Shown here: one piece after another, positions 12,540 through 24,516 of the stretch | Layout of the letters: each line of letters opens with the position of its first letter | Position numbering within the stretch: the first letter of the stretch is position 1 | Assembly: GCA_964270895.1 (NCBI GenBank) | Contig: OZ185438.1 | Length of the DNA stretch: 64,000 nt | Strand: one strand, 5' to 3' | From: Podarcis filfolensis | Lineage: Eukaryota | Position numbers and translations under genes: made by a program | Notes under the pieces: generated by a model | What the model saw: only the letters and a program-made list of their open reading frames with translations | The model's database searches: none | What the model was told of the DNA's origin: nothing

Positions 12540-14330
12540 AGACCCAACCACGCGGTGTGTGTGTGTGGTCCCGCTCGGCGGGCGTGGCGAGGGGCGGAGC
12601 TTGTAATTGCAGCAGGCGGGGTTGGGGAGGCGACCGCGGGGGCGTGGCTAACGTTGCTGTGGGGCGGAGCTTCGCGGTGGAGCTTCCCTGCGCTTCGCCC
12701 TGGGGGGCGTGGCCAGCTGCGCCGCTGCCTGCCGCACTCGGGTTGCTTCTATGCATTGGCGCGCGAGCTGTTCGGCGCTGCGAAGCTGCTGCTGCTGGGC
12801 TCGTGGAGATGCTGCAGTAGCAGCGGCGTTGGCGTTGGCTGGGAAGCCCTTTGCTGCTGCTTCATTCATGGTGGCAGGAGGGGTTGCCGTGGCTGCCGCA
12901 GCCGCCTTCTCTTGCCCAGGACCAGCCTGTGATGACCCCGGGCGTATTTCGGGCTGTTTGAACGGCGGCGGCGGGGGGGAAAGGGGAGCTTGATGAAAGC
13001 GATGTCTCCCCAACAGGATCACATTGGGCAGGGGCGCTCTTCCTCCCTGACCGGAGGGTCCCGGCTCTCCATAGCTTCCGACGCCAGCAAGGTGAGTGAA
13101 CCCGCCGCCTCCCCTTTGAAACCCTGCCTGGATCGGGGGACAGGGACGAAAACCACCTCCTCCTGTGCAGACAAGAGACAGACCGGTGGCCTCCTTCGCC
13201 CTTGGGTTTTGCAGCGAAGGCTCCCCGCTGCTAATAACAATAATAGCTTAACCTGCCCCTTCCTGAAACTTGCAGGCTGGTCCTGTACGCGCAGCTCGGG
13301 AAGCAAGCCCTGTCGGTTTCCAATGGAGCTTTGCTCCCCTAGGAAGCCGGGCTGGCGCTGCAGCCTCTCCGCGTGTCCAACTTAAAGCACGCTCGTGGGG
13401 AAGCATCTCCTGCAGAGTTCAAGTAAAAAGACCTCAGTGGCAACTGCAGCCTCTTAGCTGGTAGGGAGAGCTCGAGTCTGTGAAAGCCCCTCGTTCACTT
13501 TTTTCTTTTTTTTTTCACGAACCCCCCCCCCGCTTCCCCCCTATGTCATTTTCTCTCCCTGTCCATCAATTTCGGGAAATAATGGGGGGGCGGTGTACCC
13601 CCCCCCCCACCCTCGATGTCTCCTCTCCACCATTTCCAGTGGGTTATCCTTGTCGATGCATTTGTCCTGAAGCGGGCTGGTGGTGGGCGGGGAAGGTCAG
13701 GGTGGTGGCGGCGGTGCAAAAAGCATCGCTGCAACCTGCGAAGGTTCCCGGTCCTTAAATGCTGCGGAAAGACGGTCCTGTGCGCGCAACGCGCACGTTT
13801 CGGGATAGCGCAGTAGATGGAGGTCGCTTGCGCTGGGGGGTGGGGGGAGGGAGAAGGGGGCTGCGCGCCTCGCGGGAAATGTGCTGCATAGCTGGCGCGG
13901 GGGATCGATCGATCTTTCCCTCCCCCGCCCTTGGTAAGATCTCCGACGGAGCGTCGTGATCGAGAGAAACCACCGAGCTGCTTTTCTTGGCACATCGCGT
14001 TCCTTAAAAGCGCCACCAGGGATCCCTCGGGAGGCGCGCGATCGCCTCGGTTTTCTTCCCCTCCGTCCCTCCCTCCGCGCCGCATGCGTGCTTCACCTTC
14101 CCTGCCCCAGGTTTGCATGCCTGGATTGGTGTGTTTTGCACTTGATGGATGGACAGACGCGGTTCTGTTTTTGAGTAGCCGCTGCTGCAAGGCGCTCTCG
14201 GGGCTTCTCTTTCTTTCTGCGCCGGCTGCTCATGGACGTGAGGCTCGGCGACCGGGGGACTTCGTGATCGGTCTGCTTTGAAGGTGGCATCGTCGCGACA
14301 GGCGGGCCGGGCGATCTCGTCGGGGTGGCA
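12540..14330 (+). promoter_or_regulatory. CpG-island promoter and 5' UTR of the ARHGAP20-family gene
   Basis: Dense unmutated CpG and high GC. GC/KLF boxes GGGGCGGAGC (~12591, ~12661) and GGGGCGTGGC (~12639, ~12704); inverted CCAAT (ATTGG ~12756); GCT/GCC-rich 5' UTR leading to ATG 12993. A second CpG block lies at ~13700-14330. Confidence 0.85.
12993..13091 (+). CDS. ARHGAP20: ARHGAP20 / ARHGAP20-like RhoGAP, coding exon 1 (MKAMSPQQDHIGQGRSSSLTGGSRLSIASDASK)
   Basis: ATG at 12993 inside the CpG island; 99 nt, phase 0, ending AAG|GTGAGT (strong donor at 13092). The peptide resembles the remembered human ARHGAP20 N-terminus (MEAMSPQQETLGGQPGRSSSLTG). Confidence 0.9.
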
Positions 14331-15103
14331 TTTTCTACATAGATGCTGGCTGGATCAGTGGTGGCTCCCTTGGCATGTATTGTTCCAGGTAGTCTTAGAT
14401 CCTGGACTTAATGGTCTTAGTCGTCTACCTTCTCTCCCACCAGTAATGTGTATTGATTCACTAGCACTCCCACTCCCCTATAGGAATGTGAATTCACCTG
14501 CTTCAAATTGTGGGGTGATTGAGGGCCCACCTACTCATTTTGCTGAATGGGCACCTGGATTGTGTCCTGAAGTCCTGTCCTTGTGGTGCCATTTGATGCC
14601 TCTAAATGAGAATGGGACAAAAAGTGGAGAAGTGTTGGCATTCCTGGTTTGGCTTGCGCCTGCAGCTGTATTTCTATTTAAAATTACATATTTTAAATAG
14701 AGTGGTGCTCTTGCCCAGTGCAAGCTTATCTGAGATGTATGGGGAAATAAACCCCCATTGAAAAAATAAGCATAAAATATTTGTGCAACAACCCTGTAAG
14801 GCAGGCCAGTATTGTTATCCCCATAGTAACGACTGCAAGGTATGAGTGCGGAACTCAGGCTGAGAGATTGGGTCTGGCCTAATGCCATTTTGTGGTTGAT
14901 GAGATTTCTGAACTTTTTGGAGAAGTGAATGGGAGGTGCACTTGTTCTTGCTTTTGCATGATGTTGTGGTTAATGTGTTGTTTGAATCAAGACCTGGGAG
15001 ACCAGTGTTCAAATCTCTATGGGGCTATGAAGCTCATTGAGTGACCTTGGGCCAGCCAGTGTTTCTTCTCAGCTTAACCAACCTCACAGGGTTGTTGTGA
15101 GGG

Positions 15104-15250
15104 CAGTGGCGTAGCGTGGGGGGTGCAGGGGGGGCCGGCCGCACTGGGCGCAACATCTGGGGGTTAGGTTTAGGGGGCGCAAATCCACGGGTTAGGGGGC
15201 GCAAATTACTTGCCTTGCCCCGGGTGCTGACAACCCACGCTACGCCACTG
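15104..15250. mobile_element. Young hAT MITE inserted into an older tRNA-type SINE
   Basis: 16-bp perfect TIR CAGTGGCGTAGCGTGG / CCACGCTACGCCACTG; 8-bp TSD tgtgaggg (15096-15103, 15251-15258); CpGs intact. Confidence 0.92.
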
Positions 15251-17185
15251 TGTGAGGGTAGTAGGGAACCGTGAATGTCACCTGGAACTCATTGGAGGAA
15301 AGATAGGAATTAAATGGAATCTCTGTAATATACGCTGCAGTAAGGCTGCGGATAGATGGCTGCATCTTTTTAACATGTGTGTTCTGTGTACCTGCAGCCA
15401 CTTCCAGCTTCTCGGCATGTCTCTGAGACAGAAGCATGCAACTATAACTGTACGTGCAGCTGTCACGCAGTTTCCTCTGCAGAAGTGACAGTAGTGCAGG
15501 AAATCTTGCCTTTCAAATAATGGCCCCTTTCTCTGCATGAAATCTTAGGGTATTTCCTGGAGCAGGCCAGCAGATGATGGAGAGGAGGAGAAGAGTTGGG
15601 TAGTTCCTCTTCCCATCACCAAATAAGGGGAGTTTTAGACATTCCCTGCTGTTTCTGAATTGACTTTGGATAGTACAATGTTTTACATTGGCGTACGACC
15701 TGATTTTTATACCTGGTTTTTGTTATACTGCATAAGATTCCATATCTGCTTGTTTTTCCTTAAACAAACTCTTAAAAACTGCCCTAGGATAGTAATAAAG
15801 GACATGAACTTCTGCTGACCTAAGAACTTAAGAAGAATCGCACCAAGGGTGCATCTTGTTCAGTATCCTGTTCTGGGAAGTCTGCATGCAGGCATGAAAG
15901 CAGCAGCCCTCTCCAATATTTGTCCTCCAGCAGCAACTGGTATTCTGAGGCATCCTGAACATAGAGGCCCCATTTAGGCTTTGCAAACTGGACCTGCTGC
16001 AACAAAATTTTGCAGTGTGGAGTGCTGCTTTTCCGGGTGCTGGCCAGCCCGCCCCGTCACCTTCAAGGATATTCTTTTCTATTACCCCTCTCGCTTGGTT
16101 TTCTGTGTACTGCCCCTCCTCCGCAGCAGCTTGGCCACTGAGCATGCTCAGTCCTCATTGGGCTCTTTTGGATTCTTCTCCCTCCCCAAATATTTTTGTT
16201 CTTCTGCAGATCTTGGGTTTCCTCCAAAGCCTGCTGCTACATCGCTTTTGTGCATAGGTGGCACTGTTTTTGCAGTGCCAGAATCCACATGCAGCAAACG
16301 AATGTGCTGTTAGAGTATAAATAATGCAATGTGGTGCCCTGAGGCTGATGGGATCTGTGGCAGGGGAGCATGTATGTGAAGTCTGGTATGTAGGTTGACT
16401 AGTAATATACAAAAAAGGCTGAAATCTTCAAAATCACACCCCCTGACCAAATAGAGACACCTGTGTTGGGAGCTGGTTGTGTTGGAGTATTGCTTTTTCA
16501 TATTCTTCCACCTGTTCTAACTCTTAACATTCAAAACATGTTCTGGGATGAGCCCTGGTTGAAAGTAAATACTGCACTTGCTGTGTTGACTCGGCTCAAT
16601 ACTGTTACACTATTTCTAGAGAACTCGTACATAAATTGATGGCTAAAAAATACCATTTGTAAAATCTGTGCTGTGTCCTGAAACACTTTTGCATATATGT
16701 TTATGGCAGATGGTGGTAAGCATTTCCTTTCCTGCATAGCCTACTGGTTTTCCAGTGGAATCCTGATCATGATACAGGTAACCTTTAACAACGTATAGGA
16801 ATTCACTGCCTTTTTATTGTTTTGGATCACAGGATCTGTGATCTTCCACTGCTCATCCTACAGGAGCTCAGCTTAAATTCTGGAGGTTAGCATTGGGTTA
16901 TCAGTGTGGTGTAGCAGATAGCATTTCAGGACTGGGCGTGAGAGACCCAGGTTCAAATATGTGTTCCACCATAAGGCCCAGCAAGTCTCGCCTTTTTGGA
17001 GGGATCACTTAGCTCTGGCCCAGCCATACAGTAAGGTGAAGTGACCAGGTATGGGCAACAACATGAAAGAAACAGAATACAGTAGATGAAGACAGGAATT
17101 AGTGCCATAGCATCAGCTTTGCCAGCACAGTATCTTAGGTTCAATCCCTAGTATCTCCAGGTATGGCCGGGGAGATGCGTGTCTG

Positions 17186-17254
<69 letters not shown>

Positions 17255-17300
17255 TATACCCCGCCCATCTGGCTGAGTTTTCCCAGCCTCCCTGGAAAGC
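17186..17300 (-). mobile_element. L2 3' tip with an (AAT)n/(TAT)n palindromic microsatellite
   Basis: tttataccccgcccatctggctg is the reverse complement of the L2 end at ~975-1000 (cagccagatgggcggggtataaa); the tail abuts an inverted AAT run. Confidence 0.8.
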
Positions 17301-18335
17301 GGCTGCCAATCAGTTCGAGTGAGATGGACCAATGGTTTGACTGAGTGTAAGGCAGCATCCTGTTTTGTTAATGGAGTAGTAAGATTTTTAAGAGGTTAGG
17401 TATATTGTTTGGGTATGTTCAATGAAATACAGGTAAATTAGAATAAGCAGAGTGTTATCAACCAAATGCACCACTCTTAAGTCGTTTGGATCATCTGTTG
17501 TGCTATAAACACCTAGGAGAATTCCAGTGTAGAAACTGCACTATGCTACAAAATTTTCCTGCACTTCAGAACATGCTTTGGTGTGTGGGCTTGCCTTTGT
17601 GTGTGAAACCTGGCAGAAGAAAGAGTGTGATTTATGAGTCAGATATGTTGGGGGCTCAGAATATGTTTCAGCATACATTCTCTCTCCTCTCCCCCCCCCC
17701 CCCCATTTTTGTTTTTTAAAAAACTGGCCCTGCCAGATACTATTCCAGAATAAATAGTGCGAAGACTAAAAGGAACCAAGCTGGGAAGGAAATCTCCTAT
17801 TTGCAGGGTTTGCATTAAAATGTCATTAAATCCCCGCAAGCGCATTCTCCTTGGAGAATTGCTGCAGCAGGCTGCCAGATTGCTTATTGGGATTTTAATG
17901 CCTGCCTGGGTTATTACAGTACACTTCATAAATATTTCCCGTCCTGATCATGTTGGGGAAAGAGGGAGAGAAATGGGGACTCCATATATGTAGTTTTCTC
18001 CTGGACAGCAGCCCTCAAGCACAATGCGAGGCTCCTGTCCTGGTAAACATTTCATTTTTGCCCAGTGCATTGGCCCTTCAAAGTCAAGGACTTTGAGCAT
18101 CTGGAATCCTGTTCGACCGTAGTTCTGGTGGCAATAAGAAATCATGCCTTAGCTTAAGATCAGAGGGGTAACTGTGTTAGTCCTTTCTTATAAAAGCAAC
18201 ACAGAAATCCCACTGAAAATCCTCATCATTATATATTTTACATGGCTGTTTATTTGCACATATTTTAAAATTTTAAATATGGATGTTTTATGATGGCCTA
18301 TACTTATAATGCCTAGTAAAGGTTTGGCAAACTAA

Positions 18336-18507
18336 AAGCAACACACATTCTTGAGGCACCTTAGTGACTATCGAATTTATTCTGGCATAAGCTTTTGTAG
18401 ATTGGAGTCCAGTTAATCCAGTGCATTTGATAAAGTGAACTGTAAGCCACAAAAGCTCATACAGTAATATATTTACTAGTTTTAAGGTGCTGCAAGATTA
18501 TTTGTTA
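18336..18507. mobile_element. Inverted pair of decayed Penelope terminal-repeat fragments
   Basis: The left arm resembles 2244-2325; the right arm is its diverged reverse complement; centre tgca at ~18422-18425. Confidence 0.55.
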
Positions 18508-19794
18508 ACATCAGTCGATACTGTATGGAGAATAGCTGAAAATATTTTATTGTAGTACTGCCAATGCCTCCTATATAGATTTTTATTTCTGTGTGGGGCC
18601 AGGCTAGATTCTAGTGAGTATTTGAATTATCCTCGTCAGACTATTAGTGAGAGCATAAGTATATGAATAGAAGTAACTATAAAATGAGACCACACTATTT
18701 TGCAGTATCCAAATACTGCAGCAAGGAAACATTTGCTCAGGTATGTATTCTCACTATGGTTGCCTGTAGACATCCAGTTGAGAAGCTTTAATACAGGGAA
18801 GGAGTGGGTTCTTATTTTCATGCGTCTGATGTGCCACAAACATTTAAGTTTCCTTCTTTGATCTCATCCTCCTGTAAAAAGTTTCAGTTCAACATTGGCA
18901 TGCATGCTTCTTGCCACATCTTTGAGACAAATGGGATACTTGTGGGAATGAAATCCTCTGACCTTGGGGTTGTATCCAATGTTCGCCCTTCTCAGAGCAG
19001 ACCCAATGAAACGGACTGACTTAAATTTAGCAGGTCTGCTCCTGAGTAGAACGTATTTAGATACAACCCTCGATTAGCAAATGTGTAAGTGGGAAGTCTC
19101 AATCCCGTATGAACAGAATTGAGCACACTATAACGTTTTGTAGTGAGTCTAAGGAGTTGCTGGTTTTTAGAAAACGGTGGCAGGTGAATCAGTGTAAATA
19201 TCAGCTTGTGAACATGATCTTGCGTAATTTCAGGTACCGTAGAGCTGAGTTCTGATAGCTACTTACAAACGCACCACACAGAAAATGTGTAGTGATTGTC
19301 CACACAATGAACTCATTTCCCTCTTTGGGTGGTAAGTATAACTAGCTTTACCATGTGGCCAAATTGTTACAGATACCTGGTGGCCCACATCTGTCCCATG
19401 GTGAGATTATAAGTCATCACCATGTGGTGTTCTCTGTCACCTTAAATTGCATAGACACCTCATATTTAAAGAGGATGACTTGCAGTCATAACACAGATAT
19501 GCCCCTAATGCCTTTGAAAAGCAGCCTGTTTAGGCACTGTGACTCTGTGTAAGATTGAGCTATTGGTTTGGTGTTAGCAAGGCTGGGGAAAACTGGCTGC
19601 CTGAGCCTCTAAAAAATGCTCTTCTGGAGCACAGGAACAGTATACAGTACAGTAAGCTCCTAATCACCTGATGACGGATAATAAAAGAATAATAATGCTG
19701 GCTTTTTGGAACTGAAAATATTTTTTTCCAGCTGTGGAGTTAGCTGGGTCAGATTGGGGGTTTTGCTGTATACTATGCTGGTGATACGCTGTAC

Positions 19795-20165
19795 TGTTTA
19801 TTATATATTAAATTTCTATACTACCCTACATCCAAGGATCACAGGGCGGCTTACAATATAAAAACACAATAATATATAACGTAGTAACAGTAACAGCAAC
19901 AACAACACCCCCCCCCCAGTTTAAAAGGCCATAGATTGTTTAATTAGCCAAAAGCCTGGGAGAAGAGGAATGTTTTTGCCTAGCGCCTAAAGATATGTAA
20001 CAAAGGTGCCAGGTGAGTCTACCTGGGGAGAGCATACCACAAACGGAGCCACCACAGAAGAGGCCTGTTCTCATGTTGCCACCCTCCAGACCTCTCGTGG
20101 AGGAGGCACATGAAGAAGGGCCTCAGAGTATGATTGCAGGGTTCGTATCTGTTTATATGGGGAAA
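19795..20165 (-). mobile_element. L2 3' fragment
   Basis: Reverse complement of the family seen at 24110-24510 and 46885-47320 (gttgccaccctcc...ctcgtggaggaggcaca; atttctatactaccc...cagggcggcttaca end). Confidence 0.75.
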
Positions 20166-21724
20166 CGTTCAATTGTAATATCTGACTAACCAACTTCCTG
20201 GGTGTATTCTGTCTCCCACAAAATAAATGCAGAATGCATACAGATCTGGGTGTGAAAATATGCAGTGAACTGCATCAGTGTTTAATAGGTTATCCCTAAA
20301 CTGGAATAGACAGGATAAAGTGGGTGGGGTAGATTTTGCAGGAATGGGGTGAGAAACTATGGTTTGTGTCAAGCTTCTATCAAAATTTGGCCTATTAAGA
20401 ATTATCATTGTGAAGTCTGCTACAGGTCTTCTCTAATCACATCTTTTGAAACCAAGAGACAAATGACATTGTATGCTGGAAGATCTGTGTCTTCCCCCAA
20501 GTGGGCTAACTTCCCTTGGTATAAACAGTGCTGAAAAAATACAGGTACTTCACAGGTATTTGATGCCGATGATAGACATGTGAACTTTTTAGGTAGCCAA
20601 CATTTTCCCTCAGTGCTGGGACTTGGGTAGTTGCCTCAGAGAATTTGAAAGAGAAATTCTGTGATCTGGAAAGGAGCTTGTGAGTCATCAAGCTGAATAG
20701 AGAGGAGGATATTTATATTAATTATCGCATCATGTCTCATGCATCAGAGAGAGGGTTTAAGGTTGGTTATTTAATGCAAATAATTTAAATTGGTTTAGGG
20801 AAGCAAATGCTTTGAGAATAAGACTCGAGCACTTCAAACAGATGCACAACATATTGACTAGCAGGGGTTAGAAATTTGCAGTGACTTAAGGCCCCTGTAG
20901 TATGTAATAGGCACATTTTTGAGAACTATTATACACATTTCCTTTTAGGATAACAACTTTCCTAAAAGGTAACTTGTATAATAGTTATGCAAGTCAGAAT
21001 TATCACAAGTGTAGGCTTTTCAGCATTCTGGAAGTGTTTATACATATTTAGTAGCAGCATGGCAGGCAGAAATTCAAAAGAGGAAGCTTTCTAAAGGCAA
21101 TCTCAAGAAAAGCTGCATATTTCGAAATTCTTCCTCATATCTGTTTGGCACAGGAAAACAAAGGTTTATCTACCTGTTAGTGACCGCTGCTCCCCATGTG
21201 ACAGGCTGTTCTTGCTCATAGATCATTTTTCTATGTGAATTCATTCAAGAACCTAAGGACAGTTTGTTATAAAGCCGGTTGCTGCCAGGACAGCTCAGGC
21301 GTTGTAATCAAGTGAGTACATTACATACTGTGACAGCCATGTGTCGGTCCTTTGTATTCTCCATTGTTTGTTATCAGAGGTGTTCATAATACTGTACTGT
21401 AGTTGTGTTTCTCCGTATCTCACATTTGCTTTCTGCTGGAGCATAGCTCAGGGTGACGTGTGGCTGGCTGGCTGGGACTGATGGGAAGTGTACTTCAAAA
21501 TGGTTGGAGGGCACCAGGTTGGCAAAGGGCAGGGGATTCCTCCCTGATTCCTCTGTAACCGTGTGTATGTGAGTCCGGAGGAGGTAGGATGCTTTTTGAA
21601 ATAGTATTGCTTCAGATGGCTTATCTCTTTCTGCCCTGACTTCTTCTGGGCAATAAGATTGGATCCTGTTTTGTGTGTTTGAGTCCTCTGCATTTCTGTT
21701 TTATTTGCTTTCCTATGCTTTTTA

Positions 21725-21853
21725 TAGACTCATAGAGTTGGAAGGGACTGTAAGGGTCATCTAGTCCAACCCTGTGCGATGCAGGAATCTTTTGCCCAAT
21801 CTTGAACCCACAACCCTGAGATTAAAAGCTTCATGCTCTGTTGACAGAACTAT
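21725..21853 (-). mobile_element. tRNA-Lys-derived SINE with a CR1 3' tail
   Basis: Minus strand: atag...agagcatgaagcttttaatctcagggttgtgggttcaag, followed by a CR1-type tail (ggttggactagatgacc...cccttccaactctatga). Confidence 0.75.
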
Positions 21854-24109
21854 GTGTTTTTATTCTTATTCTTTTATTCTTACTGGTTTTTAGCTGTGTT
21901 TTTGTGTTATATATACCATTTTTTGAAACTTTAAGCTATTTATAGGTGCTTTCAAATAAATAAAAATACAGGATTCCTTTAAGGCTGCACGTTTCGGAGC
22001 TCATCACATTGAACATTAAAACATTGAACGTCCATGTAAACATGCCTCAAACAGAGTTGCAGGGATCTTGAAATGCTTCCAGAAACTTAAAAAATTGATT
22101 TTGTAAGGGTCAGCAGGGTACGACCAGGTTCACTTCAGGTACTGGGTTAGGTTGTCTCCTTCTGCATGATTTTATATCGACACCCTTGTCACCCTTAGAC
22201 TTTCAGACTGTGTCTATCAAAAAGCATTCATGTGGTAATTATTGCTGAGACGACAATGGAATTCCGGCACTCAGATAAAATGGGAATGCTAACAGGGTTC
22301 ACTTTTGGCCTTGTAGGAAGGAGGGTTGCTCTAGCCTTTGACATCTCTGTGATGGAAACTGGAGTAGAAAACCAGTTCAGTTTTTAGACTGAAGTGCCGG
22401 AGTCAGAGGAATGTTGGACTCTGTATCTGTTTCTGTGGTCCTTCCTTTGTTTTGGGCCTCCCCATTTGGGGGCCTGTTCTCTTCCTGGAGGCCATTTTGA
22501 AGAAGGAAATGGCAACCAAACAAAGTCACTCGCTGTGGGATCCCTGGTTCAGTGGACAAAATGTGAAGACAGGAAGAACATATATTGAAACCCTGTTTAA
22601 ATATGGTCATATTCAAACGAAATTAGCATTTCATGACAGGAACCATGTAAAGTGAGGTAAGTTCATAATGGAGGGAACGTGCTTCGTTATATCCCATAAA
22701 CGCACGGACAAATGCTGCATGTACAAATGTAAAATTGGTTGTACATCAGTGCCAAAGTTTCCACACAGAACCCTGGAAAATTTAAAAGGCGGTTCTGCCT
22801 TAGGCCTCTTTGCAGAACTAACCACAAGACCTGAGTCGCTTCAGTCGGTGTTAACTTGTCTTTTGGTTTGCAGCTCAGGAATTTATCGAGACAGCAAGGC
22901 CAAAATATTAAGAACTGGAGCTAGTGCAAGAGGTATTGATGTTCGTTTTTTGGAACTGTGTACGTATTGTGGCAGATTTATTTGTCTCCTATCTCGCATA
23001 AGACATGTATTGGTGTGACTGGCTTCGGGTTTGCCTGAACTAAGATGTCCAAATTTGATTTTTAGTGTTCCTGTTTCGTTGTTTCCCAAATATGGAAAGA
23101 TAAGAGTGAAATGAAAAGAATGTTGACAAATGAACAGGAGAAAAAGTGAATTTTATTTAAAACAGTGTTGACTGTGTCTGAGAACTTCTTTCAGATCCAC
23201 ATTTTCCCCCAATGAGCACCTTCATGTGGTATTTCTAAATAGAGCTAGCTAGAAAAACTCTAAAATTTGCTTATGGCAATGAATTCTTACATAAACTCTA
23301 TACAGGGCGCTTAAAAATTGAAAACATTTCTCCTGCTTTGTTTTGAAGCACACACTAGTGAAGATTTTTATTATTATACTGATTCCTAGGGTGGGCTATA
23401 ATTAGGTGATACCTTAATATATTCTGTTTTTGGCTTGGTCCTGCACAGTTGCATGTGACTTGTGTTGCTATGTGAAGGATTGTACATGTTGTAATTAGAT
23501 TAAAGATAGGATACTTCTCTAAAAATTAATAGTGTGCCATTGTACTTCCATGCTACAAACATTAGAACTTTCATGATTACCTAGGTGAAAATTTGAGTAG
23601 TCTTAGGCTGCGACACTAAACATAATTTCTTTGGAAGCTGCATTGAAATCTTGGGCAATTTTATTATCCCAGCCATCGGCCAATGTAAGTTCATCCAACA
23701 GCAGCTATGTGTCGGTTAGCACAACATATCATGTTTAAATCAACACTAATATGCCAATAAAAACTGCAATATCAAAAGCAGAGAATACATTCTCAAATTG
23801 CCCAGGATAGCTGATTACATTAGAAACTACCCAATTGGACCTTAACCTCTGTTTAGCTATTGCAAAAGATGCTTCTCCCCTGGCCACAAACCCATTTCTG
23901 TGCACATATTTTATTCTCTGTGTCCAGCGATGATATTTTTTTTAGGAGTGGCCTGAATAAGGAACATTCTAGTAAAGACCAAAGTTTGTTTTTCCTCTTT
24001 CTTTAAAATATTTATATACCATTTTTCTATTAAGATACAACTTCAGCCTAGAACAGTAATAAAACACATAAAAATATCAAACATAGAGAACTATCACTGC
24101 AGAGTGGGT

Positions 24110-24516
24110 AAATGGCTTAGCCTTAGGACCACCTTTCTCCATATGCAGTTACCCAGACTTTGAGATCATCCACCAAGACCCTCCTTTGTGTGCCTCCTCC
24201 ACGAGACGACCCAAGGGTGGCAACACAAGAACATTCCTTTTCTTCATTGGCTCCCCATTTCTGAAATGCTCTCCCCAGGGAAGTTTGGCTGGCGCCTTCA
24301 TTATACACCTTTAAGTCCTAGACAAAAACTTTCCTCTTCTTCCAAGCATTTGGCTGATGGATATTTTGCAGGAGAGGGGGTTAATCATTTGTTTTTGTTC
24401 TTATTTTTGTGTTTTTTATATTATAATTTAATGTTGTGAACTGCCCTGAGATCAACAGGTCTAATAGGACTGTATATAATTTTAATAAATAATAAAATAA
24501 AATAAAATAAAATAAA
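24110..24516 (+). mobile_element. L2 3' fragment with an (AAAAT)n tail
   Basis: Decayed L2 ORF2 C-terminus, then gttgtgaactgccctgagatc 3' end and an A-rich tail. Confidence 0.75.

Noticed and set aside
12990-13385. 131-aa ORF treated as a full protein
   Set aside because: Only the first 33 codons are exon; the rest is read-through past the GTGAGT donor.
12517-14700. Many overlapping ORFs of up to 214 aa on both strands (e.g. 13546..14190)
   Set aside because: Expected in a GC-rich CpG island with few stop codons. The peptides are low-complexity Arg/Gly/Pro/Ala; only 12993-13091 has homology and splice support.
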